Positions 1 to 14,543 of a DNA stretch of 64,000 nucleotides are shown here, piece by piece; positions within the stretch are counted from its first letter, which is position 1, and each line of letters opens with the position of its first letter. The DNA is taken from NCBI RefSeq assembly GCF_009914755.1, contig NC_060928.1; one strand, 5' to 3'. The notes beneath the pieces are model-generated. The model made no database searches. It worked only from the letters and a program-made list of their open reading frames with translations, and had not been told where the DNA came from. Both the position numbers and the translations under genes were made by a program. The stretch is from the human T2T-CHM13v2.0 reference genome, Homo sapiens.

Positions 1-1080
1 CCGGATCCTTTAGTATATGTTTTTTCTTTTTAGTTTCTTTCTATCCCTGATGATCTTATATTTCACAATAAAATATCTTTATGTGAGTCTTTTTTCAGTG
101 TTTGAGTGATTGCAGCGGTCACACAACTGGCCCAGTTAAATCTGGAGCCTTGTGTTCAGTTCTGTGGGTGGCAGCACAGTAAGTCATTTGGCTGCTCAGG
201 GTGAGGTTGTGGATATTGAGCATCTCCCTGCTCCTTTGCTTTCATCCTGGAAGTAGTAGTTAGTTCCTCTAATTTCTAAGTCTTTCTGAGGTTATTGTGA
301 TCAAATGGCTTGCTTCCCAGCAGTATCTTCCTCTGTAAGAAAATAGGTTCAGCTTTTTCTGCTCTATTTGGTGAATTACCACTCCTCCCTATTCTCTCCA
401 TCTGGCAAAATTTTGTAGATTTCATTCTGTCATGTTCTCTTATTGGCCTATCTGGCTTTAAACCTGTTTTATTTCATTATTATTAATGTAACAGAGTTTC
501 TTTAGGGTACAGAGATTCATTCAACAAATATTGAGTGCCTTCTGGAATACAGGGTGCCTGCAGATACAGGGCGTGTGTGAGTGTGTATATGCGTATATAT
601 ATGCACACATATTCACACCCCACCCCCCATGTAAGACATAGAGCTCATGCCTCATGTACCTAAGAGTCTAGTGGAGGACACAAGTAATAATAAATGAATA
701 AATGACTAAAATATATTGTCACTTAATGATAAATGCTAGGGAAAAAAGTTAGAAGAGAGTGATAGCAGTTTTAAATAAGTGATCAGAAAATGTCTCAGAA
801 GGGGTGGCAGTTTGAGCAAAAATAAAAATGTGAGTTTCATCTATTTAACTGGAAGTTGAAAGTTTATTTTTATTAATAAGAGGGTAAAAATAACTCAATA
901 TTATCTTGCTTTAAGTTCCATAGTTTTGTTTTCTCTTTCAAATCAGGAAGATTTAGTTTATTTTTGGAAGATTACATTGTACATATATAATAGTTTTAAA
1001 ATATTGTCAAGGAATTCTTGGTCAAGGGAAAAGAAAAATAAAACCAGAAAATACTGGAAAAATATGACCCCTTCATATGA

Positions 1081-1771
<691 letters not shown>

Positions 1772-2074
1772 TGTTTCAAATTATTTTCTGAACCTCAATT
1801 AGTAACTTCTGGTAACTTTAATAAAATACTTTAAGGCAGGTTGTTTGAAGTAAATTGTTTTCATGAGAGATTAATATTTTCCATTTATTTCTTTTGAGAT
1901 AGTACTTGAAATCTTGATTATCTGTAAAAGAATGGGAGGATTTTGATTTGTGCCTTCTTTGTTAGATTTGTAAGTGGGAATTTCAGATCATTTAGATCTG
2001 TAAAGGTTTATTTTGATTAAAGTGTTTATTGGATATATAATGTTGCTAATAGATTTTAAATGGCTTTATTTTAG

Positions 2075-2229
2075 GTCCTGAGGAGCGACAATTCAAGGGT
2101 TTAGGTGACTGTATTATGAAAATAGCAAAATCAGATGGAATTGCTGGTTTATACCAAGGGTTTGGTGTTTCAGTACAGGGCATCATTGTGTACCGAGCCT
2201 CTTATTTTGGAGCTTATGACACAGTTAAG
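2075..2229 (+). CDS. SLC25A31: ADP/ATP translocase 4 (ANT4), internal coding exon (exon 4 by usual numbering)
   Basis: ttttag| acceptor and AAG|gtaatc donor; translates (G)[51 protein letters not shown], typical of ANT carriers. Confidence 0.96.
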
Positions 2230-2864
2230 GTAATCTGGGGGCTTTAACTTGGACATATTAAATATATGGTTTCCATTTATTTAATTAGTAATGTTTTCAG
2301 CAGATATGTTACTTTTAATTATAAAAATAAAAATCAGTGATGAAAAAAGAGAGACATGAAATTCTGCTTAATCATGATTTTGCCATAACCTAATTAAATT
2401 ATAACTGCAGTATGGATCTGACTTTAGTTATAAAGCATGTATCTAAGTTTTTGAGGTGTTTTCACTGTACATCACATTGCAAATGAAAAACACGCTAATT
2501 AAGCTTACATCATAATCAAATCATTGGTATATGGAAAGGCATCTTCTAACAGTTTTTCTGATTTTATGTTAACCCTATTATCACTTTTTTATATTCAAAT
2601 AATAAAATGTCATTTTGAGAAGGAGACAAAGCAAAATTAATTAAATAAATGCTACTGTAGCTTGGTTATCTACTGGATACTATTAGATTCTGTGTTGTAT
2701 TCTCCAGGTTGTTCTGCAATTTACCTTTTCATTTCAGATTTTAAGAACACTTCCATGTGGTAGGAAAAAGAAAAATTGTAACAATGGCTACCAATTTTTA
2801 GCTATTACCTAGTTCTAGGAAACTTTTTAAAGTACTTTACATCTTGAATCTCAGAAATCACTGG

Positions 2865-2985
2865 TAAAGAACTTACCCATGTAACCAAAACACTACCTGT
2901 TCCCCAAAAAACCTATTGAAATAAAAAGTAATAAGAAAATAAAGATAATTGTAGTTGTTTAAAATAAATAATAAAAAAATAAAAT
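2865..2985 (+). mobile_element. L1PB-like 3' end fragment with A-rich tail
   Basis: aagaacttacccatgtaaccaaaacactacctgttccccaaaaaacctattgaaataaaa. Confidence 0.65.
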
Positions 2986-3003
2986 CCCCCCTTTGTTTAA
3001 AGA

Positions 3004-3052
3004 TAAATAGCCTAGGAATTGTTAAGTAAATAGCCTAGGAATGGTTAAGTAA
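3004..3052. repeat. 23-bp tandem duplication
   Basis: taaatagcctaggaatKgttaag x2. Confidence 0.9.
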
Positions 3053-3760
3053 TTTACTTGTTAAAGGCAAGCAAAAAAAAATCCATGTTCTTAATGACTA
3101 CATTATAATGCTTCCAAAAGGAAGCAATGAAATTAATATCAGTATTATTTATTAGTATAATAAATAATTATACTATACTCCTTCATTAGTATAAATGTAG
3201 TTGCATGGCATTTTTATTGTTGTCTGGACAGATCAGTTTTTAGTGTATTTTTTAGACTGCTATGTTAATGAAAATTACAGGATCTTGTACATTTATTTAA
3301 TCACAAAAAAAGTTATGTGTGTACTCTGTCTCTAGTTTGTTATCACCTGCAGTAGTTATGAAATTTAGGAACATTTCTCCACTAGTTTTAAAGCTGCCCA
3401 TCAAATATGTGTTGATGATAAAAGCAAGCATTTGTTTCACTTTTTTTCAACCCCACAAGGAAGAGCCATGGAAGAACTTCTTTTTTGTCAATGTCTGCTA
3501 TCTTCCCTAGTTTTATGTGCATTAATAACAAATTCTTATAATGGCAAATATGCTTTATATTTTTGAAATATACCTTTGAAATATAGTCATGTGTGGCATT
3601 CCACTTTTTATTGATCTGCTACTATTAAATCCAACATTTTTATTGCATTTTAAGTATAATTGGGCCCTCTTTCATATATTTATAAAAATTATCCTTTAAC
3701 TTAAGAATTTAAGATATTTTAGAAATTTGGATAGTTACTTGGCACATTTTTCTTTTCTAG

Positions 3761-3886
3761 GGTTTATTACCAAAGCCAAAGAAAACTCCGTTTCTTGTCT
3801 CCTTTTTCATTGCTCAAGTTGTGACTACATGCTCTGGAATACTTTCTTATCCCTTTGACACAGTTAGAAGACGTATGATGATGCAG
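3761..3886 (+). CDS. SLC25A31: ANT4 coding exon 5
   Basis: ttttctag| ... CAG|gtattt; [42 protein letters not shown] contains the RRRMMM ADP/ATP-carrier signature. Confidence 0.97.
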
Positions 3887-4367
3887 GTATTTTATGTTAT
3901 TGTTTCTAAGCTTAGTTGAGTTTTTAATATCTCTGATATTTAGGTATAATCAAATTTAAGAGAAATGTTGGCTGAAAGGCATAAGTCATTTGTTTTACTT
4001 AGCTAAAATAAATACATGATGTATTCTGTCTTATATTCTTTCCTATCCTAAAATAACCATCAGCCAGCAAAGCTGCTTCCTCACCTACCATCAAAACAGA
4101 AATGCCTACTATTCCTGTAGCATATATTGCTTGGAAGGTAGAGGGTTATGGCAGAAATTGGATGAATATGTCTATCTTAACTGAAATATTAGATTAAGTA
4201 GAATAAGCCCAGTCACAAGCCATTGAGATATTTCATTATTTATTGTAATATATTTTTAAGAAAGCAAATAATTTTGAACTCCAAGGACAAAAACTTGTTT
4301 GTCATGATGTTCTAAATATAAATCCCTAAACCAAATTTTTGATACATTTGATCTCTATTGTTATTAC

Positions 4368-4582
4368 CAGTTGACCATCCCAAATCTGAAAATCCTAAAT
4401 CCAGAACACCCCAAAATTCAAAATGTTTTGAGCACCAACGTGATGCTCAAGGGAAATGCCCATTGGAGCTTTTCAGATTTCAGGTGCTCAGCTGGTAAGT
4501 ATACAAAGCAAATATTTCAAAATCTGAAAAAATTGAAAACACTTCTAATTCCAAGCATTTCAGATAAGGGATACCAACCTGT
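4368..4582. mobile_element. Tigger4/MER46-type DNA transposon MITE
   Basis: TIR-like ends cagttgaccatccc ... gggataccaacctg-ta. Confidence 0.75.
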
Positions 4583-5354
4583 ACTTATTACATTCATCCA
4601 TTCAGCAAATATTTGCATGCTTCATCTATGCTAAGCTCTGGTGACAGAAAAAGACAAAATCTGCACCCAAATTCATAGTCTAATATTGAAGACAGCAGTT
4701 AATGGTTTAAATACAAATGTGTGTAGGTTCCAGGAATACATAGAGGAGGGTTGCCCAAATGCTTAAAATGATCAGACGTGGTCTCCTAGAGAGCTAAATC
4801 TCAGTGAGTAGGTTTACTTCAGTCAGTGAGAGAACATTCTAAGCATAGGGGGAAAATCGTACACAGAAATATGGCTTGAGAAGTAGTTCAGGATAGCCAG
4901 GTCATAAGTTTTATGAGGGCAAGTGAAAATAATGAGGTCAGAAAACTAGAATAGTAATATAGTGCTTATTATATGCTTTATACTGTCCTAAGAGTTCTGT
5001 ACTTTTACTCATTAAATTCTCAAAACACTGAGGTGTAGTTCCTATCATTATCCTCATTTTTATTGACTACAAAATGGTCCTGGAAGGACCAGTAGGCAAT
5101 CTGGCAGATTAAAACTAACCCGTTACTTCACTTAGGGATAATACTTAGAGTTATTCCATTTATGTCTGTGTTTCTTTTCTTTCTATAGCTAGCTCTAGTT
5201 TAGCACATTGAGAAACTTTTTAAAATGGAAAATTAATTTGCACGTAGACTATGGATTGGGTCAGTGGTATTATATTAAATTTCCTGAATTTGATAACTGT
5301 ACTTTGGATATGTAAGAAAATATCCCAATATTTAGAAAATAAATATGCACTTGA

Positions 5355-5655
5355 GCCAGGCACTGTGGCTCACGCCTGTAATCCCAACACTTTGGGAGGC
5401 TGAGGCGGGTGGATCACGAAGTCAAGAGATCAAGACCATCCTGGCTAACACGGTGAAACTCCATCTCTACTAAAAATACAAAAAATTAGCCGGGCGTGGT
5501 GGCGGGCGCCTGTAGTCCCAGCTACTCGGGAGGCTGAGGCAGGAGAATGGCATGAACCACGAGGCAGAGCTTGCAGTGAACCAAGATGGCGCCACTGCAC
5601 TCCAGGCTGGGCAACAGAGCAAGACTCTGTCTCAAAAAAAAAAAGAAAAAGAAAA
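5355..5655 (+). mobile_element. AluY-like
   Basis: Full dimer; TSD aaatatgcactYga on both sides. Confidence 0.9.
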
Positions 5656-5755
5656 TATGCACTCGAGTGTTTAAGGATAAACGGCATGATGTCTGCAACC
5701 TAATCTCACAACAGTACAGAAAAAAAAATGGGAATATGAGTCTTATATGTGTGTG

Positions 5756-6430
<675 letters not shown>

Positions 6431-6519
6431 GTACTACTTAATTTTTGTGTATTTCATTTTACATCCCACAACTTTGTTAACCCTATTACAAACACGAATG
6501 TGTATGTACATACCTTCCA

Positions 6520-8290
<1,771 letters not shown>

Positions 8291-8393
8291 CTCAACACAG
8301 TGTTTATCTTATCTATCCTTAGTGCTAATAGAAGACTGTCTTAAGATAAAAGATATTCAGATAATGGAAAACCCTTTGTTTTTCTTTGTATAG

Positions 8394-8582
8394 AGTGGTG
8401 AGGCTAAACGGCAATATAAAGGAACCTTAGACTGCTTTGTGAAGATATACCAACATGAAGGAATCAGTTCCTTTTTTCGTGGCGCCTTCTCCAATGTTCT
8501 TCGCGGTACAGGGGGTGCTTTGGTGTTGGTATTATATGATAAAATTAAAGAATTCTTTCATATTGATATTGGTGGTAGGTAA
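8394..8582 (+). CDS. SLC25A31: ANT4 last coding exon, ends at TAA 8580-8582
   Basis: tttgtatag| acceptor; [62 protein letters not shown], the ANT4 C-terminus as I recall it. Confidence 0.96.
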   Translation, partial: SGEAKRQYKGTLDCFVKIYQHEGISSFFRGAFSNVLRGTGGALVLVLYDKIKEFFHIDIGGR

Positions 8583-9305
8583 TCGGGAGAGTAAATTAAG
8601 AAATACATGGATTTAACTTGTTAAACATACAAATTACATAGCTGCCATTTGCATACATTTTGATAGTGTTATTGTCTGTATTTTGTTAAAGTGCTAGTTC
8701 TGCAATAAAGCATACATTTTTTCAAGAATTTAAATACTAAAAATCAGATAAATGTGGATTTTCCTCCCACTTAGACTCAAACACATTTTAGTGTGATATT
8801 TCATTTATTATAGGTAGTATATTTTAATTTGTTAGTTTAAAATTCTTTTTATGATTAAAAATTAATCATATAATCCTAGATTAATGCTGAAATCTAGGAA
8901 ATGAAAGTAGCGTCTTTTAAATTGCTATTCATTTAATATACCTGTTTTCCCATCTTTTGAAGTCATATGGTATGACATATTTCTTAAAAGCTTATCAATA
9001 GATGTCATCATATGTGTAGGCAGAAATAAGCTTTGTTCTATATCTCTTCTAAGACAGTTGTTATTACTGTGTATAATATTTACAGTATCAGCCTTTGATT
9101 ATAGATGTGATCATTTAAAATTTGATAATGACTTTAGTGACATTATAAAACTGAAACTGGAAAATAAAATGGCTTATCTGCTGATGTTTATCTTTAAAAT
9201 AAATAAAATCTTGCTAGTGTGAATATATCTTAGAACAAAAGGTATCCTCTTGAAAATTAGTTTGTATATTTTGTTGACAATAAAGGAAGCTTAACTGTTA
9301 TAAAG
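8583..9305 (+). terminator. SLC25A31: SLC25A31 AT-rich 3' UTR with tandem poly(A) signals
   Basis: AATAAA at 8704, 9163, 9198 and 9279; U-rich tract after ~9310; cleavage site is inferred. Confidence 0.7.
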
Positions 9306-11129
9306 GAGTCTTTTTTTCCCTGACTCTGACTTTATTAGTAAGCAGAGTATAGCAAAATTTTTGTCAGAACTGGCTTAACTAAAGAGAGAGGTATTTCTCA
9401 ATGGACAGATATAAACAGCATTCCAAGGTTTTGTACGGGAGTTTGTCTTGTTTTTCAGAGCTGTTGTAGAATACAGTATATTTGAAATCCCCAAGTTTTT
9501 AACGTTCTAATGAGTAAAGGGATGTTAAGCTAGTGGGGATAAACTATAGACGGATTTTCTGAGGCTGTGAATGGGCAAAATGGGGTGGAGGAACTTCCTT
9601 ATGCACAGGGACAAAGCGTATTTCAAGGACAATAATACAGACCATACTTTTAAATATATTGGTGTTATCCCTCAAGAGGAAAAAAAGTCAAACTCTAAAC
9701 ATCATTTCTTGCAGTGGTCAACATAATGGAGTTACAGGAACAAAATAGAAAATATTTTCCTTTCCTGCTGCACTATCAAATGGTTCAAAGAAAGATGGTT
9801 AAAATAACCAAATATGAGGAATAGTTTCCCATATAAAGAGTAAGATAATATAAAAGTTTTCAATTCGTACAGAGGCATGCATAGAGGAAAAAAGACTCTA
9901 AATTCTGAATGGCATGGATAGAGGGCAAACAGGAATTTAATCGCTAAATTGCTAGACAATTCTATTCTTTGAAGCCTAAAAGATGTATAGTTAGAACAAA
10001 AAGTAAAAATATTACTTAGTATCCTGGACAGAGCTAAAACTGTATAAACTACATTAAACTGTTATTAATGAGAGTTTATAGTGAGCAAAATCATAACGTG
10101 ATTTTATAAGGAAATTATTTTTTAAAATCTTAACATTGGAAAATGAATAGTTAAAATATATTTAAAATATATACAATTTTTATCTTAAATGACTAGTGCT
10201 GCATCTTTTTTTTTCTGTAGAAGAGAGCTGGAGTACTGCATCTTTTACAGTGTCTTATTAGATAGGATTTTTAATTTCCTGCCCTAAAACTATCTCCCCA
10301 AATAATACCTAAAATTCCATTCTCAGAGCTTCATTCTCTTGATTCATTAAAATACACCCTGCATAAAACAAGATGACCTTTTAAGTTGGTAGTCATTTAT
10401 ACTTACTGAAACTACATTTATTTTGATGAATTTTACATTGTTTTCTCACAGCACGTTATGCTAGAGAAAGAGGAGGGGGGAATGAAAATGACAGACATTG
10501 TCTGGGTAGTAAGAGGCCAAAAGCCCCTAGAGAGATTTTTGCTATTTTATATTCCTACTCTAGATTGATGCTTTCTAGTAAAAATTAGAACTTTGGTACC
10601 CTCACATTAAATTTTCTGAAACAGTTCCTTTGTTCATATATAAACATTATGCTACACAAGTAAGAAATTGATACCTTCATTCCTCATTAGCTGATAGATC
10701 GAAATGTAGATTCAGAAGGGCTCATTTTCTTCCACCACTTCTTAAATGTTAGTATTCTCCAGGGGCCAGTCCTTTGCTCTTTTCTCACTTTATATATGGT
10801 AGATTGTGCTGACACAGATGCCCCTCCCCCACAAGTACATGCTGGATAAAATATATCCAAAAAGATTTGGTTTTGTTTTGTATTGTTTTAAATAGGGAAA
10901 TAGCATATCAAGAGATGTCAGAAATAAGATGCTCAAGGCCAGGAGAGTAACTGGGAGCTAACATTGTAGCAGCCCACAGATTTCAGAAACAAAAAGACAC
11001 TAAGGGTGATTTTGACACCCACATGTGTAGATAGGAGTTAAGGAATTGGGGCCCTGGTAGAGTAGGCGGTTGAAACTGAAACATACCATGCCTACCAACC
11101 ACACAAACTGTCCAATGAAGCTACAAACT

Positions 11130-11410
11130 TGGGTCCAGGCACAGGATGCGAGGCATGCGGCTGGTTTGAGGCCAGGAATTCAAGACCAGCCTGGGCAACA
11201 TACCGAGACCCCTGTCTCTTAAAAAAAAAAAAAAAAAAAAAAAAATTAGCCAAGTGTGCTGGCACATGCCTGTAGTCCCAGCTACTCAGGAGACTGAGGT
11301 GGGAGGATCACTTGAGCCTAGGGGACGGATGCTTCAGTGAGCCAAGATCATGCCACTGACCTACAGCTTTGGCCACAGAGCAAGACCCTATTTCTGTTTA
11401 AAGAAAAAAA
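11130..11410 (+). mobile_element. AluJ-like with partial left arm and long middle A-tract
   Basis: Alu motifs; A-run 11221-11245. Confidence 0.8.
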
Positions 11411-12457
11411 AGCTACAATCTTAAAAAAGAGTGTTTTATTTAAGAAGAGATGCTAGAAAAATAGGCAACAAATCATAGTGGAAAAGAATTGCCAACTACC
11501 CCAACAGTGAATAGGGAAAGAAAAACGCACCTGTGATGTATCTGGTTTGGGGGTTAACAATTTTAAAAATTAAAAAGCCACCTGTGAGAAATCAAAACCC
11601 CACAAGCTTGTGCCACAACAAAGTATAGAACACACATATATATATTTAAACTATCCGTATAATACAGGAACTCCAAGCCAAACCATTATAACTGTTATAG
11701 GACCAGTGAAGCCCTCAGGGCATTGGCAAAAACAAATACAAAACCTCTCTGAAACACTTCTACAACCTAGGCCACAAAAAATCCTACAGAAAAGGTAGCC
11801 TTCAATGAAGATGAACTGATGAGTCACCGAGAAAACAAAGCACTGTGTGGCAAAGGTGGTAGACATCACAAACAGAATTAGCACCCCAAGACTAAAAATG
11901 TGATGAAACACTAAAAGAAACTATAAAATTGGAATGTTTAAAATGATAGACTTTTTAAGTAATTAGATTTTTTATTTTTTAATAGTACAGTATGAAAGGA
12001 CAGGCAAGTTTGAAAAAACATCTAGAAATAGTACAGTGTTTGAAATTAAAAACATGACAAAGGAGAGTCTAAAGGTCATAGTGGTTTGAATACATTTTAC
12101 ATATTCTAATAAGAGATCCAGAAGAAACTGAAAAAGGGTGTGAGAGACAACAAAAGAATAATGTTTGATACTTTTCCAGAATCTCAAGAATCCATTTGTC
12201 TTCAGGTTAACAAAAAACTCTTGAGTGAATAAGTAAAAGCAAATCTACAATTAAAGACATAATAAAATTGCAAAATATCAAAGAAAAGACAAACTGATTA
12301 TTTAAAAAGGAACATTATTTACACTCAATAATGGATGACAAAAGATTGGAAAATACTGTCAAAATTTCTACAGTCAGCCAAGTTATTATTAAACAGTTCC
12401 ATGACAGTAATATTTTCAAACAAACAAAGTAGTTCACTATTCAGAGACCTTTGCTTA

Positions 12458-12772
12458 GCAGTCCCCAACCTTTTTGGTATGAGGGACCAATTTCATGGAA
12501 GACAGTTTTTTGCACAAATTGGGGGAGGATGTTTGGAATGAAACTGTTCCACCTCAGATCATCAGGCATTAGAGTCTCATAAGGAGCATGAAATTTAGGT
12601 CCCTTGCATGCGCAGTTCACAATAGGGTTCACATTCCTATGAGAATCTAATGCCACCTGATGGGAGGCACAGCTGAGGTGGTAATGCTTGCCTGCCCTCT
12701 GCTTACCTGCCACGTGCCCAGTTCATAACAGGCCACTGACCAGTTGGCTGCTTGGGGATTGGGGACCCCTGC
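12458..12772. mobile_element. MER1 (hAT-Charlie) element
   Basis: cagtccccaacctttttgg ... ggggattggggacccctg termini; gaaactgttccacctcagatcatcaggcattag. Confidence 0.85.
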
Positions 12773-13133
12773 CTTTGCTGAAAGGAACCGAACTCAAGAA
12801 GAAGTCAAGTTGAATGCAAGCAGCAACAAAGTAAAGAAATTGTTAAACATGTTAGTAGACCTAGATAAACACTGCCTGTGAAAGGAAAAATACATACTTT
12901 TTGGTGAGAGGAGTGACTTACCTTGATGAATTTCAGAATAATTTAGCCTCTTTCTCACTTTTCTTGGGAGCCTACACACATTCTTTTCTCTTGCTCTTTG
13001 ATATGAGTTTATAGGAGAAGACCCTAATGTAACATTAGTGTGTATTACTGTGACTAGATAGATAAGTCTACTTAATTCTGGGGTGCAATAATTAACAAAC
13101 CCATAGGCACCTAAGACATTTCTCTAATGTTAA

Positions 13134-13715
13134 TGTTAGGTACACAGCTAAGGCTAATCCTCAGAGAAGCAGCCTGCCTACAAAATCACACCTATAGGCA
13201 AAAATAGAGCAGCCTGGGGAAAACTCAGGCTGCACCTGCACAGATAAGCAGGCAGGGTCCAGCACAGAAGCCTTTTGTTCTTTATGTGATTGGCAGGCTC
13301 CCAGGAAAAAGTGTCCTCCCCTTTTCAGACATGTACACGGTGGGCTCCATGGGAACTTCTGTAGGGAGAAGGAGGGATTACCTAAATTAAGCCCGCAGTT
13401 ACAGAAACAAGAGAAGTGGCACTTTGTGCTTGCCTAGAGACATACCCACAACTACATAAGATAAGGGGAGTTGCACAGACAGCTACTAATAAGAGAAACT
13501 ACTCAAACAGCTACAGAGATGAGGGGAGTTTCTTATAAAAGCTTTTGAATTCAACTCTAAAAACAGCAACCCACTAGGGCTCCCCTCTACACTGTGCAGA
13601 GGTTTCTTCTTCTGCTTATTAAACTTTCGCTCCTATCTCACCCTTTGCATCCACGCTCCTTCGGTCGTGAGACAACGAACTCGGATAACACCTTAGACAA
13701 CAAGACCAGTGACCA
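13134..13715 (+). mobile_element. ERV1-class solo LTR (MER83/MER84-like, subfamily uncertain)
   Basis: LTR layout: TATAAAA at 13534, ATTAAA at 13618, and a U5-like end (cgtgagacaacgaactcgg...agacaac) as in MER4-group LTRs. Confidence 0.7.
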
Positions 13716-14240
13716 TTGGCCTGTTTCATTTTATCCTCATTGCCTACTCTCCAACTTCAATTCTTTGAAAATTCAGGTAGGAATATAGCTAAAATGGTAC
13801 GTAGAAGGAAATTTACAGCTTCAAGTGTATGTATTAGAAAACAAGAAACTGAAAATCAATGAACTAGAAAAGGAATAAACAAAAATAGTGAAACAAAGAG
13901 CAGATGGAACAGAAAACAAAGACAATTAAGTCAGGCAAGAAAACCAAAAGCTGGTTCTTTTAACAAACCATACTGACAGGAACCAAGAAAAGGAAGAGAT
14001 TAAAATAAAGAATATTAAGAATGAAAAAGATGTACATATAACTACTGAAGAGATTTTTTTAAGTGAATAATCAACTTTGTGCCAACAAACTTGAAAACCT
14101 AGATGAAATGGTAAATTTTTAATAATACAAATAACCAATAATGATTCAAGAATAATAGAAAACATAGACCATAACCACTAAAGAAATTTAATCATTCATC
14201 ATAAACCTCATAAACTCTAGGCTAAGATGGTTTACAGCCC

Positions 14241-14543
<303 letters not shown>

